A stretch of DNA of 63,973 bases, the filler included, from Octopus bimaculoides (taxonomy: Eukaryota): the NCBI RefSeq assembly GCF_001194135.2. It is 6 parts of 5 records of this genome, joined end to end, with 100 filler letters (N's around TTAATTAATTAA, not from the genome) between each part and the next. Parts side by side here need not be neighbours in the genome. Positions count along the whole stretch, not along the records: positions 62,695 to 63,973 come from NW_026436039.1; 5 more parts are not named here. The stretch is one strand, 5' to 3'. Under the pieces are notes generated by a model. It searched no databases. It was not told the origin of the DNA and saw only the letters and a program-made list of their open reading frames with translations. The position numbers were made by a program, and so were the translations under genes. This document shows, one piece after another, positions 63,051-63,973 of this stretch. The first letter of the stretch is position 1. Every line of letters starts with the position of its first letter.

Positions 63051-63973
63051 TACTACATATATATATATATGGTCGTTTGTATCCTCCATTCAAAGTCCAA
63101 CAGGGAAAATATCATGTGCAGCAAATAAAGCTTCTGTTAATTTTTCATGAGTGTTGTTCATCATTTACACGCAGCCAACCACCCAACACAACCACTGTAG
63201 AAGAAGACCTCTCATACAACACCTTGTCTTAGAATATATGAAGTAAGCGCCAATAAAATTAATGTGTTAAGAAAGGAAACTTCACTTAATCGGAACTATA
63301 CGAGTATCGAGGAGAGATAAACAGAGTTGAAAAAAAGGCTTAGATCAACCAAAGACAAGAGCAACATCACAAAGTTAAAAAAATTAAACGTGTTGAGGTA
63401 CAAGAGTTTCAATAAATTAAAAGTGGAAATAATGTAGTAAGGGAAAAGCAAATCTGATTTTTGACAGACAACTCTGGACAAGAGATTTGTTGAACTGAAT
63501 GTAACAGGGATAAGATGAATAAAAATTAATTAGAATGCTAGTATCAAGGGAAATTGGTTTAAAGTAGATTATTAGAATTTATTGATAAAGTTGAGGATCA
63601 GGTCGTTTCAACTCGCTCAGATTGAGACATGTGTCAAAGACAAAGATGAACATGGAAATACATAGTTAAATTATTGTTATCATTTTTAATACAGTGAACT
63701 TGAAATAATTAATGCGATGAGGAAAAGACGTTAGCTCGATGACTAATTATGGTTCGAAACATTTTGGTATGTGCGGCAGACAATTCTGGGTGATCTTTCT
63801 AAAGCTTTTCAGTGAAGCATAGACGTAGACCATATTGGGCGAAATAATGCGGAAACAAGCATTAAATATGAAATGAGACACTTGGGCGTGGCTGTTTAGG
63901 CGTTGACGATTTAGTATGGCTGACTGTACGTTTAGCACTGGAGGCAAACATGTATATATATATATATATATAT

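Overview
AT-rich, microsatellite-saturated eukaryotic DNA with many N gaps. The repeat content and zinc-finger style suggest a coleoid cephalopod, most likely an octopus (inference, not database-verified). Five artificial 100-bp joins (44N-TTAATTAATTAA-44N) split it into segments whose adjacency is not established. The only clear host coding sequence is the 3' part of a C2H2 zinc-finger gene (2745-3228, minus). Weaker host candidates are a spliced signal-peptide exon (23396-23584, minus) and a decayed, tandemly duplicated coding-like segment (27600-29130). The rest is mostly transposon debris: RTE and CR1-type LINE fragments, about six tRNA/LINE-tailed SINE families, Penelope-like elements (PLEs), a Tc1/mariner fragment, an internally deleted hAT element and MITEs. 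The most interesting signals are: (1) hammerhead-ribozyme motifs from four PLE-type terminal-repeat families, one with a complete core at 44106-44168, downstream of a PLE whose GIY-YIG region gives way to low-complexity sequence; (2) two head-to-head telomere-repeat structures; (3) a ~130-bp YY1-like-motif repeat array upstream of the zinc-finger gene. All coordinates were read by eye, so element edges are approximate.
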